Assembly: GCF_006345805.1 (NCBI RefSeq)
Contig: NC_043013.1
Span: forward strand, 53,258,001 to 53,322,000
Direction of reading: 5' to 3'
Length of the DNA stretch: 64,000 nt
Source of the DNA: Octopus sinensis
Taxonomy: Eukaryota
Shown: positions 26,086 to 39,285 of the stretch, piece after piece
How the letters are laid out: each line of letters begins with the position of its first letter
Numbering within the stretch: position 1 is the first letter of the stretch
Notes under the pieces: generated by a model
Databases searched by the model: none
The model's input: the letters and a program-made list of their open reading frames with translations, nothing else
Told to the model about the DNA's origin: nothing
Translations under genes and position numbers: made by a program

Positions 26086-26880
26086 GTTAGACAAAATAAT
26101 GGGAAAAGCTTGCACCAAAGCATCATAATTTTGAAATATCTATAAAAACGTCAAAAGCTTGTTTATCTCTAAGTTTTTTTATTTATTTTTAGTGTTGCTT
26201 CATATGTTTTGTTAAAATGGCTGTTTCTTTTCAGATATCAGAAAAAGGTAATTAGAATTCATTCAAATGGCATATCTACAGGACTTTCAAAGAGGTCAAA
26301 TCATTCGTTCTCGCATTGCAGGCGCTAGCGTAACGAAAACAGTTGAAATGCTTGGTGTACCAAGAAGTACTGTCTCGAAAGTAATGACAGCCTTTGAGAA
26401 AGGGGGAAAAACCTCGTTGAAACAAAACTCCTGAAGAAAACCAAAACTTTCATATAGGGACCGTCGGACTCTTACGTGAATTGTTAGAAAGGATCACAAA
26501 AGTACAGCTCCCAAAATTTCTGCAAAGCTTAATGACCACCTCGAAAACCCAGTTTCCACAAAAACTGTTCGCCGGGAGCTGCACAAAGCCAGATTTCACG
26601 GGAGGGCTGCAATCAGAAAACTACTACTTTCAAAAACAAACTTTGCAAAGCGTTTAAAGTGGAGTAAAAACCTACAGAATTGGTCCCTAGAGCAGTGGAA
26701 GAATGTTATTTTCTCGGACGATACATCCTTTGCCTTATTTCCGAGCACCGCCGGGCCGGGTATACGTGTGGAGATAGCCAAAACAAGCATTTGACCCAGA
26801 CAGCTTTCTTCAAACTGTTAAACATGAAGGAGGATCTGTGATGATCTGGTATACTATATCTTGGAAATTCGCCGGCCCAG
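26083..26880 (+). mobile_element. Tc1-like transposon, 5' portion with a pseudogenized transposase (ATG at 26267)
   Basis: MAYLQDFQRGQII...GVPRSTVSKV (paired-type HTH), VSTKTVRRELHKA.FHGRAAIRK, WKNVIFSDD, TVKHEGGSVMIW; two in-frame stops; TIR-like GGGGTTAGACAAAATAATGG directly after (TA)n; truncated before the second D. Confidence 0.85.
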
Positions 26881-26932
26881 AGGATATCCTACGCTCAATA
26901 CTCTGTTATCAACCTTGAGAGAAACTCTCATA

Positions 26933-27109
26933 TAGGCGTTTGGTGCATAAAAGCAAAAACATTGATTGTAGCAAATGATAGTCACCTGTCATGTTCACGT
27001 AATTTCATTCTGCTGGAAATCGTCAGCGGGAGGCTTCTGCATTCCACCGGTAACAGATGATTCTCGTTCGCTATGAACTATGGTTGTACTTTTATGCACC
27101 AAAGTCGGA
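26933..27109. mobile_element. MITE-like element (~177 bp) flanked by TA
   Basis: 15-bp perfect inverted repeat TTTGGTGCATAAAAG (26939-26953 / 27089-27103) with further partial matches; TA lies symmetrically 6 bp outside each repeat (26931-32, 27110-11). Confidence 0.5.
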
Positions 27110-27850
27110 TACAAAGATTATTGTTTGGTACTAATACTAATTCCGGCGCTAATAATTAATTTCTAAAAACCTGTTTGCTATTTGCGTCATCAGTGTCTGA
27201 AAAATGCTAATATTCTATATCGTAGCAGCGATTTTCGCCTACCATGATCTGTGTGTGCATTGATGCTCTTAACGCTTCTGTGAGATCCTCTCAAAGCTAA
27301 TAACTCAATGTTGTGTGTTCTAAGAAGACATCTACGTTAAGCTGAATATAAAGTCAGCTTTTGATACATATGCATCGTCCATCGCTAGTTGTTACTCTAC
27401 AAACATATGTACTTGCGCGTTTGTGTGTCTGTATCTATATACGTAAATATGTATATAGAAACATATGTATGGCGATGTAGCTAAATATGTATTTATGCAT
27501 ATTCGTTTATTTCTATTTAAACGACAACAAGGAATGGCTAGACTAAACCGGTCCGTTTAATTCGTATAACGGCGTGTGGGAGTAGATTCATTGATTGTAG
27601 GACTGCGAATCGTTTGTGAATATTCTGAGTTATTCGCTTTTACATTAATGACTACGCAATTATATTTAAAGTACAACTTGCATTTCGAATCCTCTAAAAT
27701 TGTGGCATTAGGTACGTTTAATAACGCAATTATTTCATGTTGTCGGCCTGCAGATTATCATAAAATTTAGAGTTACCGGTTTAGCTCGATTACGATAGAA
27801 TTACACACTAAATCACACACACTCATATATAATATATATATATATAACAC

Positions 27851-27906
<56 letters not shown>

Positions 27907-28705
27907 TTATATGTGTATATATATATACATAAATATATACATAAGCATGTATATATAACATATACATATACATACATACACACGCACGCGCACACACACA
28001 CACACACATATATAATCAAAATAAGCAACAAGGATATCCAAAGGTAGTGTAGTACAATCGTTTCATGATACATCATTTAATTAAAACAATGTATTACATC
28101 AGAATTACAATTTAGAGCACTCATCAGCCACATATGGAATGTTTTAAAAACTAAATTGATAATGTTCATTTTTCTACTTAATTTCATTCGCCAACATTAT
28201 ATATTATATATATAGGTAGAGACAAGTCCAAGAGAAAAGGAAGACGGAGGGAAAAAACCACCAACGATACACATGCGGTAGCATTAAAAAAAAATATATA
28301 TATATATGTGTGTGTGTGTGTATATATGTATGCATATTTTTATATAGACACAGGCGTATACATATATAAAAGGAGATTTCAAAAGTATATGTACCCCAGG
28401 AGGTTTATTTTTAGTAGAAGAATAAAGTCATTTTGATGCATTGAAATAGTTACTCTAATGTTTAGGAGATATATCATTAGTAGTTTTAGCATTTATTTAA
28501 CCGATTTGAGTATCTTACTAACAAGTAGTGCCCGCACAAATAAAACTGCAGAATGAGGGATGGTCTATATACATTTGAGGTGTTTGTGTACATATTTACA
28601 CAAACACACGCCTAACACACACACACACACAGACATACACAGACGATAACAAACATAAATATATATACATATGTACATACAACTACGCATGCATACACAT
28701 ACATA

Positions 28706-28775
<70 letters not shown>

Positions 28776-29137
28776 TTTATATATACATGCATGCACACAT
28801 ACAATTTATTTTTAATATTTCATTATTTTAATGATAGCAGAAGAGATTTTCAAATGTCAAGAAAATTGATTTCTGTGGAAATGAAAATAAATAAATTAAA
28901 TTAACTTCAAAATGGAGAAGGTTCAACACACACCGCAGAGCAGTTTAATATAAAAGAAATAACTGTTTCAGAGAATTAATAGATCGTTAATCGTTTTAAA
29001 ACATACTTCATGGAGATGTAGCAATAGTGTGGAGAGAATAGAAATAGAAAAAAATATTCGACTGTATAGAAAATAAACTACTGTCACAGAGAGACATATA
29101 TATGTACATGCATATATATATACATATATATATATAC

Positions 29138-29220
<83 letters not shown>

Positions 29221-29416
29221 TATGTATGTATATATATACATATATATATAATATATATATATATATGAATGTATGTATATATATATTATATATACATCTG
29301 TACATATACATATATAATATATATATATATAGACATATATATAAATACATATGTTATATATAAATGCATACTCGTATATATATATAGGTATGTATATGTA
29401 TATATGTATATATATA

Positions 29417-29462
<46 letters not shown>

Positions 29463-29629
29463 TGCAAGCATAAACCTATTTATTCGACTGTGAATATAAA
29501 GTATTTATGATCCTTTGATAGATATATAGACAAATACAAATTTGTATTCCCATTTTAAAATTTTTTGTGATTATTTTTCATATCATCATTAAAATCAATT
29601 TCCCTCATTTTACGAAGCTTCGTTTTGCA

Positions 29630-30080
29630 CAATGGCTCGAGAAATCATTCTCCCGTGTAAATCTATGAATACCTGTATGTTTAGAAGTTTTGTGAGGGGA
29701 CGGAAGCCACGTGAGGTGAAATTATGGTAGCGAGGTGACATAGAAATCAATATGAAAAGAATATCGTATCATAATGGAGATGAAGCTGATGGATGTAAAG
29801 ATGTGACATCGCATCGAAGGAGAAATCTGTGGAACGCGTTTGGTTATATTGTTCTCGGAAGGTCGTACCTATATGTTATATCAAAAATAATGCTGAACCC
29901 GTTTCAGCCAGTAAGGCTGCAGGATTCTGTGACGTAATATCATATTCAAAACGTTTATATAATAGCCGAGAAATTACTGGCGGAGAAACAGTATATAATT
30001 ACGATGTGCGGAAAAAAGAAGTATTCAACTTTTCGGATTGTAGATCTTCATCAAGTACGAAAAATAAAAGAAGTAAAAAT
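29630..30080 (+). mobile_element. Possible highly decayed piggyBac transposase fragment
   Basis: KPREVKLW*RGD (cf. KPAKYGIKIW..CD) and IAEKLLAEKQYII (cf. LAEKLL....I.GT.R); weak, broken similarity. Confidence 0.3.
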
Positions 30081-30279
30081 GTGAGTGGACATTTACGTGA
30101 ATTAGTGTGGCTTACCCTGAGACCTGATGTATATATGAAAGAGACAAAATGTATAGAATGGAAGCGTGTTAAATGTGTTTTTATAGTGAAATGAGGGAGC
30201 GAGGTTGGATGGAATATGGTAATCTACATATGTATATACATGTACATATATATATATACATACACACATACATACACGT

Positions 30280-30353
30280 TTTGATAGATAGATAAAGAGA
30301 TAGATAGATACATACATAGATAGATATAGAAAGAGATATATAGATAGATAAAG

Positions 30354-30445
<92 letters not shown>
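30280..30445. repeat. (GATA)n microsatellite
   Basis: Long tagatagata run. Confidence 0.95.
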
Positions 30446-31659
30446 GTAAACCTATCTCAACATATAAACATAGATTCAGACACAATAGTTTAATGTAGCG
30501 ATTTTTGTTGTTGCTGTATATCCGCAAAACAGTTCCCTCCAACAAGCAGATGATTCAATACAATTCAACTGCGGTCATCCGGTGTATTTTGTTCACTTTT
30601 TATCTATCTAAGTATATATTAGTATTTTTCTGTCAAAGACAGTTAGATGCGACACGAAGAAGATTAGACTACTATTTATAGCAGGTCGAGCAACGAGCTA
30701 CAGAGTACCTTTTCTTTTACAAAGCATCTACTTAACAAAAGAAGAACGTAATTACGGCTTTGTTTACATCGTTTTTTTATTATTATTCCTTGTGTAATTT
30801 GTCTTGATTTTATTAAATACACTTTCCTTAGTTTTGTGCCAAATTAATTTTTTAATTCAATAGAAAACTAGCGATACACATCAAAGACTCAGCACTCTGA
30901 AAAAGAAATTCCCAACAAAAAATTTCCAGAATAATAACTTTCATCCATTATGTAAAACAAATAACCGACAATCTCACTGTGATTCAAAAACGCCTCGTAA
31001 TTAATATTAAATGTTTTTTCTAAACTTCTACATGAAAGAGTAAACAAAAAATTAAGTATAAATAAAAAAAAAAATAAAAGAATGTAAGAATATTTTTTTT
31101 TATCTCTTTACATTCAAAATAAATTAGAGTGCAAGTGCTTATCAGAAAAAGACAAAGAATCGTCTGTAATTCAAAGAATAATCCAAAACGTTGGATAAAA
31201 GGAGCAAAGATTAAGAATGCATTCAAAGGCAAACATTATTTCATAATATTATAAAACATTATATAACACAAAAAGCCTGACCTGATAATGAAGAGTTGGG
31301 CGAAAAGGAGAGAATAACAAACTTACATTTATATATGAATGCACATAAATGGAGGGCCGTCATGTAAGGATATTATACGTATAGATATGTATGTATGCGC
31401 GTGTGTGTTGCTTGTTTATAGACAACTATATGCATATATATGTCTACATATATATATATATATATAATATATAGTATAGATATATATATATATTTATATA
31501 TATATATATATATATATATTTAATAGTATATATATGTGTGTGTGTGTGTCTTAATGCCCAACAATAAGTATATAAATAGGTGTGCCTAATATAATTTATA
31601 TACGCGTGTGTGTCTGTCTGTGCGTTGCTTGTGTATAGCAACTATATGATATATATATA

Positions 31660-31730
<71 letters not shown>

Positions 31731-32011
31731 ATATATATGTATGTGCGTGTGTGTGTGTGGGGTGTGTGTGTGCCTTAATGCCCAACAATATGTGTAAAAA
31801 TGGATGTGCCTACATATAGATATCTATACGCTTGTGTGTTTGTCTGTGTGTATATATACATATATGTGTATATGAACATTCGAATCCAAATATGCTGGAG
31901 TATATATAAATTCTAATATTCTTAGATACGTATGTATACATACATATATGAGCACACTCACAGACTCAAACATAGACTCTCACACAGAAGCAGGCATATA
32001 TATGTGAGTGC

Positions 32012-32045
<34 letters not shown>

Positions 32046-32450
32046 ATGTGTGTATGTATGTATGTATACATATATATATATATTGTGTGTATGTATATAT
32101 ATGTTCTATATGCATAAATGTCTATAGTTTTTTTATATTTTCACTATAGACTTGCATTTAATTTTGTATATCTTTATCGAAAGATCGATTCCATTATGTT
32201 ATCAATAAAAGAATGGCAATGCGTGTTGCTTTGGCTTGTGTTGCTCACAGCGAAACTGTGTATTCAGTTGAAACAAGAATTCAAATTGGTTTAATAAAGA
32301 TTAAGATATTTTCTTGAATAAATTTCACTTGAATAATAACACAAATCAGAAAACAGAAAACAAAGGCTTAATATGCATATACACATCTATGTGTGTGTGT
32401 GTGTGTCAGTGTATGTGTGTCGCTGTGTGTGTATGAGTGTATATGCGTAT

Positions 32451-32496
<46 letters not shown>

Positions 32497-32725
32497 ATAT
32501 ATATATGTGTATGTATGCATGTATGTAAGATATAAATATATATGCCTATGATGTATACGTATTATATATGTATTGTATGTATGTATTCATGTGTACATAG
32601 ATATTCATGTATATATAAATACACATATGTATACGATACATATATGTACCGTGTATATATATTATATATATATGATATTATAAATGTATATAATATATAT
32701 GTGTGTATATATATATAAGTGAATG

Positions 32726-32763
<38 letters not shown>

Positions 32764-32944
32764 ATATATAACAAACAAATTGCGATAGAATATATCTATA
32801 TATATATATATATATATATGTATATTTAATATTATATATACGTTGATTCTAATTGTTTGTCATTCAGATAACACGATTGATTGTTTTGGCTGCGAGCTAA
32901 TACTTATCAGCTTGAATGAAATTCTTGCAGGTAATTAATATACG

Positions 32945-32956
32945 TAATAATAATAA

Positions 32957-33047
<91 letters not shown>

Positions 33048-33051
33048 TAAC

Positions 33052-33090
<39 letters not shown>

Positions 33091-33140
33091 TACAATAACA
33101 ATAATAAGTATAGTAATAATAATAACAACAATAATAATAA
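32945..33140. repeat. (AAT)n microsatellite with AAC/GAT variants
   Basis: Direct reading. Confidence 0.95.
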
Positions 33141-33770
33141 TCTTATACATTCATATATATATATATTCATACTCACACACATACACACCCGCCCATAAAC
33201 GTATATATGTAAAAGAGTATCTATAATTTTTAGATAAATATGCACAAGTTAGATATGGCTGTATTATGCATCAAAAAAGTTCTGCCTACTTGCATAGAAT
33301 TATGTGCGGAGTTCGCTTGGTAAGCACATGGCTTCGGCTCCAATCCCAACGTGTCGCAACACGGACAAACTGTGAGGATGCCCGTATTGCATATATATAT
33401 ATATATATTATATAGATATATATATATATATATACACATATATTTCACACTTGGAAAAAGATGCGTGGTGTTCGATCATATAATAATATGTTTTTATTTG
33501 TATGCCATTTCACCGTTTTTTTAATCCTAGTTTTCGTACACATTCGCTCGGTTTCTTCCAAGGTGTCTAGTGCTCTTAGTTTAGATTTTCTTGAGGCTGG
33601 CGACATTGGAGTAGTCTCGAGTGTAACCGGCCGAAACTGCAAAGATGATCTGGAACTTGACTGAAGAAAGAAAGTTCTGAATGACTCGTTTTTGTATTTT
33701 CCTATCCATTTTTGTATCTTCTAACTGTCCAGATGTTCTGTTGTTGTCTGTTACGTTCTTGTTCCAACTT

Positions 33771-34166
33771 GTGGTAAGTAGCTTGTTTACCAACCACATG
33801 GTTCCGGGTTCAATCCCACTGCGTGGCACTTTGGTCAAGTGTCTTCTACTATAGCCTCGGGCCAACCAAAGCCCTGTGAGTAGATTTGGTAGACGGAAAC
33901 TGAAAGAAGCCTGTCGTATATATGTATATATATGTGTGTGTGTGTGTGTGCGTGTATGTTTGTGTGTCTGTGTTTGTCCCCTAGCATTGCTTGACAACCG
34001 ATGCTGGTGTGTTTATGTCTCCGTCACTCAGCGGTTCGGCAAAAAAGACCGATAGATTAAGTACTGGGCTTACAAAGAATAAGTCCCGGGGTCGATTTGC
34101 TCGACTAAAGGCTGTGCTCCAGCATGGCCGCAGTCAAAATGACTGAAACAATTAAAAAGAAAGAAT
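33771..34166 (+). mobile_element. tRNA-derived SINE with internal (TA)/(TG) tract
   Basis: Pol III B-box GGTTCAATCCC (33807-33817), conserved body shared with 15268, 20105 and 51950, and an A-rich AAAAAGAAAGAAT tail. Confidence 0.8.
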
Positions 34167-34185
34167 ATATATATATATACATATA

Positions 34186-34320
34186 TTTGTCCTTTCATCC
34201 TTCGGGGTCGATAACTTAAGTACCAGTTACGCACTGGATCGATGTGTAATCGACTTAATCCGTTTGTCTGTCCTTGTTTGTCCCCTCTGTTGTTAGCCCC
34301 TTGTGGGTAGTAAAGAAATA
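34186..34320 (+). mobile_element. 3' half of a second SINE family
   Basis: CCTTTCATCCTTCGGGGTCGATAA...AAGTACCAGTTACGCACTGG...TAATCGACTT...AAAGAAATA, matching the minus-strand copies at 42425, 43410 and 53655. Confidence 0.75.
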
Positions 34321-34343
34321 TATATATATACATATATATATAT

Positions 34344-34407
<64 letters not shown>

Positions 34408-34440
34408 TACATATATATATATACACACAATATACTATAT

Positions 34441-34972
34441 ATTTATACATACGTACGTACATATATATTTATCTCTTCCTTTTACTTTGCCTCTCTTAAT
34501 TTTCTTTCTCTCTGTTACCCGCTGTGTCATTCTTTTATGTGTTGCGTTCGACTAAACTAATCAAGATTTTCTGAGCTTCTCGCGTTTCCCCTCCCGTCCT
34601 TTGAGACAGTTTTCACTTCTCCTTCGCGTTGTCCGCTTTTGTCTTGTCTTGCAACCCCAAGGCTTTCTTATTGTTTGTTGTATATGTATCATTATCATTA
34701 TTAATTGTTGTCTTCGTCTGGCACCAAGCCTTTATTCTCTTATTGTTGTTTCGCCGCATCGCCCGTCTGGTAAGTCTCGCTTGTTATGTTTTGATCCCAT
34801 TCCAGCACGATTCTTTCCGATGCCTCCAGAAGTGCAACCAATATTATTATAATGGCTGAAACTGGCCTTGAACCATTGACCGATAACTGATGAAGAGTTG
34901 GTGACTTCTGCGTTTTCTGTGTTCGCCTGTGTATTAGTATATGTTCACTCGATTATTTGTTACACGCTTATT

Positions 34973-35011
<39 letters not shown>

Positions 35012-35049
35012 ATATATATATATATATAATATATATGTGTATATATATA

Positions 35050-35085
<36 letters not shown>

Positions 35086-35726
35086 TGTGTGTGTGTGGTG
35101 TGTATATATATATATATATATATATACATATATATACACATATATACATATATATATATACCACATATATACATATATATTTATACATACGTACGTACAT
35201 ATATATATTATCTCTTCCTTTTACTTTGCCTCTCTTATTTTCTTTCTCTCTGTTACCCGCTGTGTCATTCTTTTATGTGTTGCGTTCGACTAAACTAATC
35301 AAGATTTTCTGAGCTTCTCTCGCGTTTCCCCCCTCCCGTCCTTTGAGACAGTTTTCACACTTCTCCTTCGCGTTGTCCGCTTTGTTGTTGTCTTGCAACC
35401 CCAAGGCTTTCTTATTGTTTGTTGTATATGTATCATTATCATTATTAATTGTTGTCTTCGTCTGGCACCAAGCCTTTATTCTCTTTATTGTTTCGCCCAT
35501 CGCCCGTCTGGTAAGTCTCGCTTTGTTATGTTTTGATCCCATTCCCAGCACGATTCTTTCCGATGCCTCCAGAGTGCAACCAATATTATTAATAATGGCT
35601 GAAACTGCACTTGAACCATTGACCGATAACTGATGAAGAGTTGGTGACCTTCTGCGTTTTCTGTTCGCCTGTGTATTTAGTATATGTTCACTCGCTTATT
35701 TGTTACACGCTTATTTAATTCACACA

Positions 35727-35770
<44 letters not shown>

Positions 35771-35779
35771 TGTGTAATA

Positions 35780-35830
<51 letters not shown>
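34441..35830. repeat. Tandem duplication of a ~738-bp unit (copies start at 34441 and 35179)
   Basis: Near-identical non-repetitive cores (TATCTCTTCCTTTTACTTTGCC...CTGATGAAGAGTTGGTGA...TACACGCTTATTT) that differ mostly by small indels. Confidence 0.9.
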
Positions 35831-35832
<2 letters not shown>

Positions 35833-36685
35833 TGTGTGTGTTGTGTATATATATATTATAATAGATATATACATATATATATATTGATAAATGTATGCAT
35901 TTGGATACGTATGTATTTATGTATATTTGTATGTGTAAACAAAATGAGCTGGAATTGGCCTGTGGCATATGTTTGAATAACAAATATATACTCTTGTAAA
36001 ATACCTTAAAACAAAACAACATCTTGATTTATTAGAATCATATTCGCCCCAAGTAGGTGTACCGTGATTACTAAATGCCAAATTTGATCAGATCCACTTG
36101 AAAAAGGGAGAAAAGCTAAAAATTCAAATATTCTCTAAAGGTGATATGATGTTAATTAAAAATACGTGCTTATTGTTTGGAAATTAGAGGGCAGTTGTGA
36201 ACCCGTGTTTGTAGATAAGTGTGTATGAGGTGTTCGTACGTACGTGCGTGTATCCGTTATATGCGACAGAAGCAGTATTAATATGAAATAAATTGCTGTT
36301 TACAGTTGTCATTGGTTTAAGTTACTCATTTATGTATGTATACGTATGAGTATATTATATATGTATGTAGAAGTATATAAACGCTAGTTTGTATGTTAAG
36401 TTAGAGAAAAAATAATTTTACATTAATCTGAAGGGTTACATTTTCCTTTCGTAGAGTACAGATTTATCATTTTTAAAGAAGAATATTATTGACAGTAAAT
36501 AATTATATTTAAGACTAATGTGTATGTGTATGTGTGTGTGTGTGTGATATAGATATATTGTTTAGATATTATAGACCGGTGTATAACTTAATATACGTAT
36601 GATTCTGAACAATGCATTAGTCGAGTAGAGAGCAGCAATCAAAGAGATGACAAATGAATAAACGATAATCTTCTGAACTCCATTT

Positions 36686-36844
36686 CCTTACAGCTGTTTC
36701 AGCTATAGGATGCGGTGAACTCATAGTTGAGTGCCTGACTAACTATTAATAGCTTCAAAGGAGCCGCAAACAAGAGGCCTTTACGTGTTACCAAGGTACT
36801 AAAGTATGAGTCCAGCGCATCTTCTAGTGAAAACAGCTGTAACC
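36686..36844. repeat. Decayed inverted repeat with 50-bp arms (38/50 matches) and a 59-bp spacer
   Basis: Arms 36686-36735 and 36795-36844; both read outward as ...TATGAGT..A..GCATC.T.TAG...AAACAGCTGTAA. Confidence 0.7.
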
Positions 36845-37246
36845 TAATGAAGGTCATATGATAGTCGTTCATTCTATTGTCATCTCTTTATATACATATA
36901 CATATATATACATATATACATATATATATATATATCATATGTGTGTGCGCATGTGTGTATACGAACAGTCAGCCCCCTCCCCCTCAAAAACATACACCTC
37001 GATATTAGAATAATGAGTGGTTATCGGGTGCGTTAATAGTCGCATGTATTAAGTTGAGGTGTATCAATAAATCAACAATTTGTGTAAATAAGCGGCGATG
37101 CACTGAATGCATACGATTCATCTTAAATAATTAAAAGATTTGTTCTTCACAGAAATACACAAACATCAATTTAAATGTAATGAGAATTTCCTTTATCTAC
37201 GAAAGCATTAATAATAATAACGATAGTAGTAGTAGTAGTAGTAGTA

Positions 37247-37277
<31 letters not shown>

Positions 37278-39210
37278 GGAGTGTTACCTTACTTCACTGA
37301 TATTGAACAACTGGCACTAAAGTACATCTCCATGGTTACAAACTGTGCAAAGACAATAATAACAATAACAACAACAACAATAATTATAATAACAATAATA
37401 ATAATAATAATAATGGATTCATATTTTAAGTGAAGGTCAACAATTTCGGAGAAGGGCGTCAGTTAGAAAGAAGAGATATTATGGTGCCGTAAGCTGCAGA
37501 TAGCCAACCCGCTGCGCATGCAAGACCTCAGCAATTCCGACAAAACCTCAGTTAAAATTATAAAAAAAGAAAGAGAATTAGCAGTAATAACAATAAAAGC
37601 AAAATGCAGTGAAATAGTGTTGTCCATGGACATAAATATTTCTGCTTTACGAAGAAATGGATTCTGACGTTCCACATAGGAATCTACCTAATGATCTTTG
37701 GATTTAATATTTTACTGATTATATTAATAGCATATACATCTTTTCTGTCCTGATCTGATTATTTTGTTTTATCTCACGCATACTTTAGCAAAAACCTAAC
37801 GCAGTGAGGCATTCAGACGTCCTAACATAGTAATGTCATCGGTGACATTTTAGATACGTGTTTAGTCTAGTCGTAGAAAGATACAAGCTTTGAGAGTTAA
37901 ACTGGTTCGACAGAAATTTTACAGACCTTACTGACTGGGCTATATATTAGTGATTCAAAATGTTGGGTTCACTGAATATGTTGCAAAATTGAATACTCAG
38001 TCACTTTCACTATAATTTAATCATCTGTGTTATGGTGGTATCAAATTACCTTCAAAATATACACGTAATCTATTGCCGACAAGAACGATTTGAAAATACG
38101 ACCGCAATATGAAATAAACTCATCCAGCCTCACTTCTTCCCATTGTTGTCGAATTAACTGCAGAATAAGATATTTCAAGCAAATTCTTTCGTTGAGTATC
38201 CTTTAAAAATCGATATTCTTAAAGTTTTATTCCATACTATCTCCAAATTATTGCGTTTATATTTACTATTATTTCCGTTCTATAATATTATCCGGAGATT
38301 TATAATTCGTGCACACCATGGATTTGAACTTGAAACCCACAAATCTGAAGAATGGCTACAAGCAACTTGATTTATGAAGAGAGAGGTGAATGTAAAGTAA
38401 ATATGCTTCAATTCTAGTATATTTGGCATCGATGGCTCTCAGTCTTCGAAACCATTTCAATCTGATATGATCGCGAGATTTCCAGATTATGTTATCAATA
38501 TGTGCTGCTGTATGTTCTACATCTTCGACTTGCTGTATAGTAATGAAATGGCATTTATATGATGGTGGAAGCAGAGTAGACTCTCAGAAATATCAAAGAA
38601 ATGCTACTTACTGCGTTTCCTGATAACCCAAGCAGCAAGGTTAATTCTGATCTCAGCTACAAAATGGCTGTCATCGCTGAAAGATAAACATTTAAATAGC
38701 CTTCACCGCACCGCTGACTGTGTATACGACCGTAGCGTGGTTACATATATGTTTATACACTCTGTTGAGACGAGGTGGTTTAGAGTTCAAAATCAACTAG
38801 AGGCAATGATTCTTTCCTTTTGCAGGACAACAATGAAAGTTTGAGGGGAAAGAAGCTGTTTCTGAATGGCCTTAATATCCCGCAACATTCTTGCCTTTAT
38901 ATATGTCACTCTCTCTCCCTCTCTCCCTTTCTTTCTTTCTTTCTTTCTCTAGAAAAATATACACAGACATGTAAATATATATTTGGGATGAAGAAGCTGC
39001 ATATGTTGGGTCAGGTGCCTGCGAATATTTTCTGTATCATTGATTTAGAAATTCATATTCACAACTAGTCGTGAAAATCGAGTCAGCTAAGCTCAGCAAC
39101 AATAAATGTTTTTTCTCTTCTGTCCGAAAAAATGCTACCGGCCCGAATTTCACGGAACATTTAATGACAATATTCCAGGGTCATCTGTTGTGTTAATAAG
39201 TATATATTCA

Positions 39211-39285
39211 AAGGCGGCGAGCTGGTAGAAACGTTAGCACGCCAGGCGAAATGCGTAGCTGTGTTTCGTCTGCCGCTATGTTCAT
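39211..39285 (+). mobile_element. Truncated SINE 5' head
   Basis: AAGGCGGCGAGCTGGTAGAAACGTTAGCACGCCAGGCGAAATGCGTAGC matches the reverse complement of the 53655-53870 head. Confidence 0.7.

Noticed and set aside
33771-33830. tRNA gene candidates at SINE heads (also 39211 and 53800-53870)
   Set aside because: They have A/B-box-like words but no complete cloverleaf and continue into SINE bodies, so they are SINEs and not tRNA genes.
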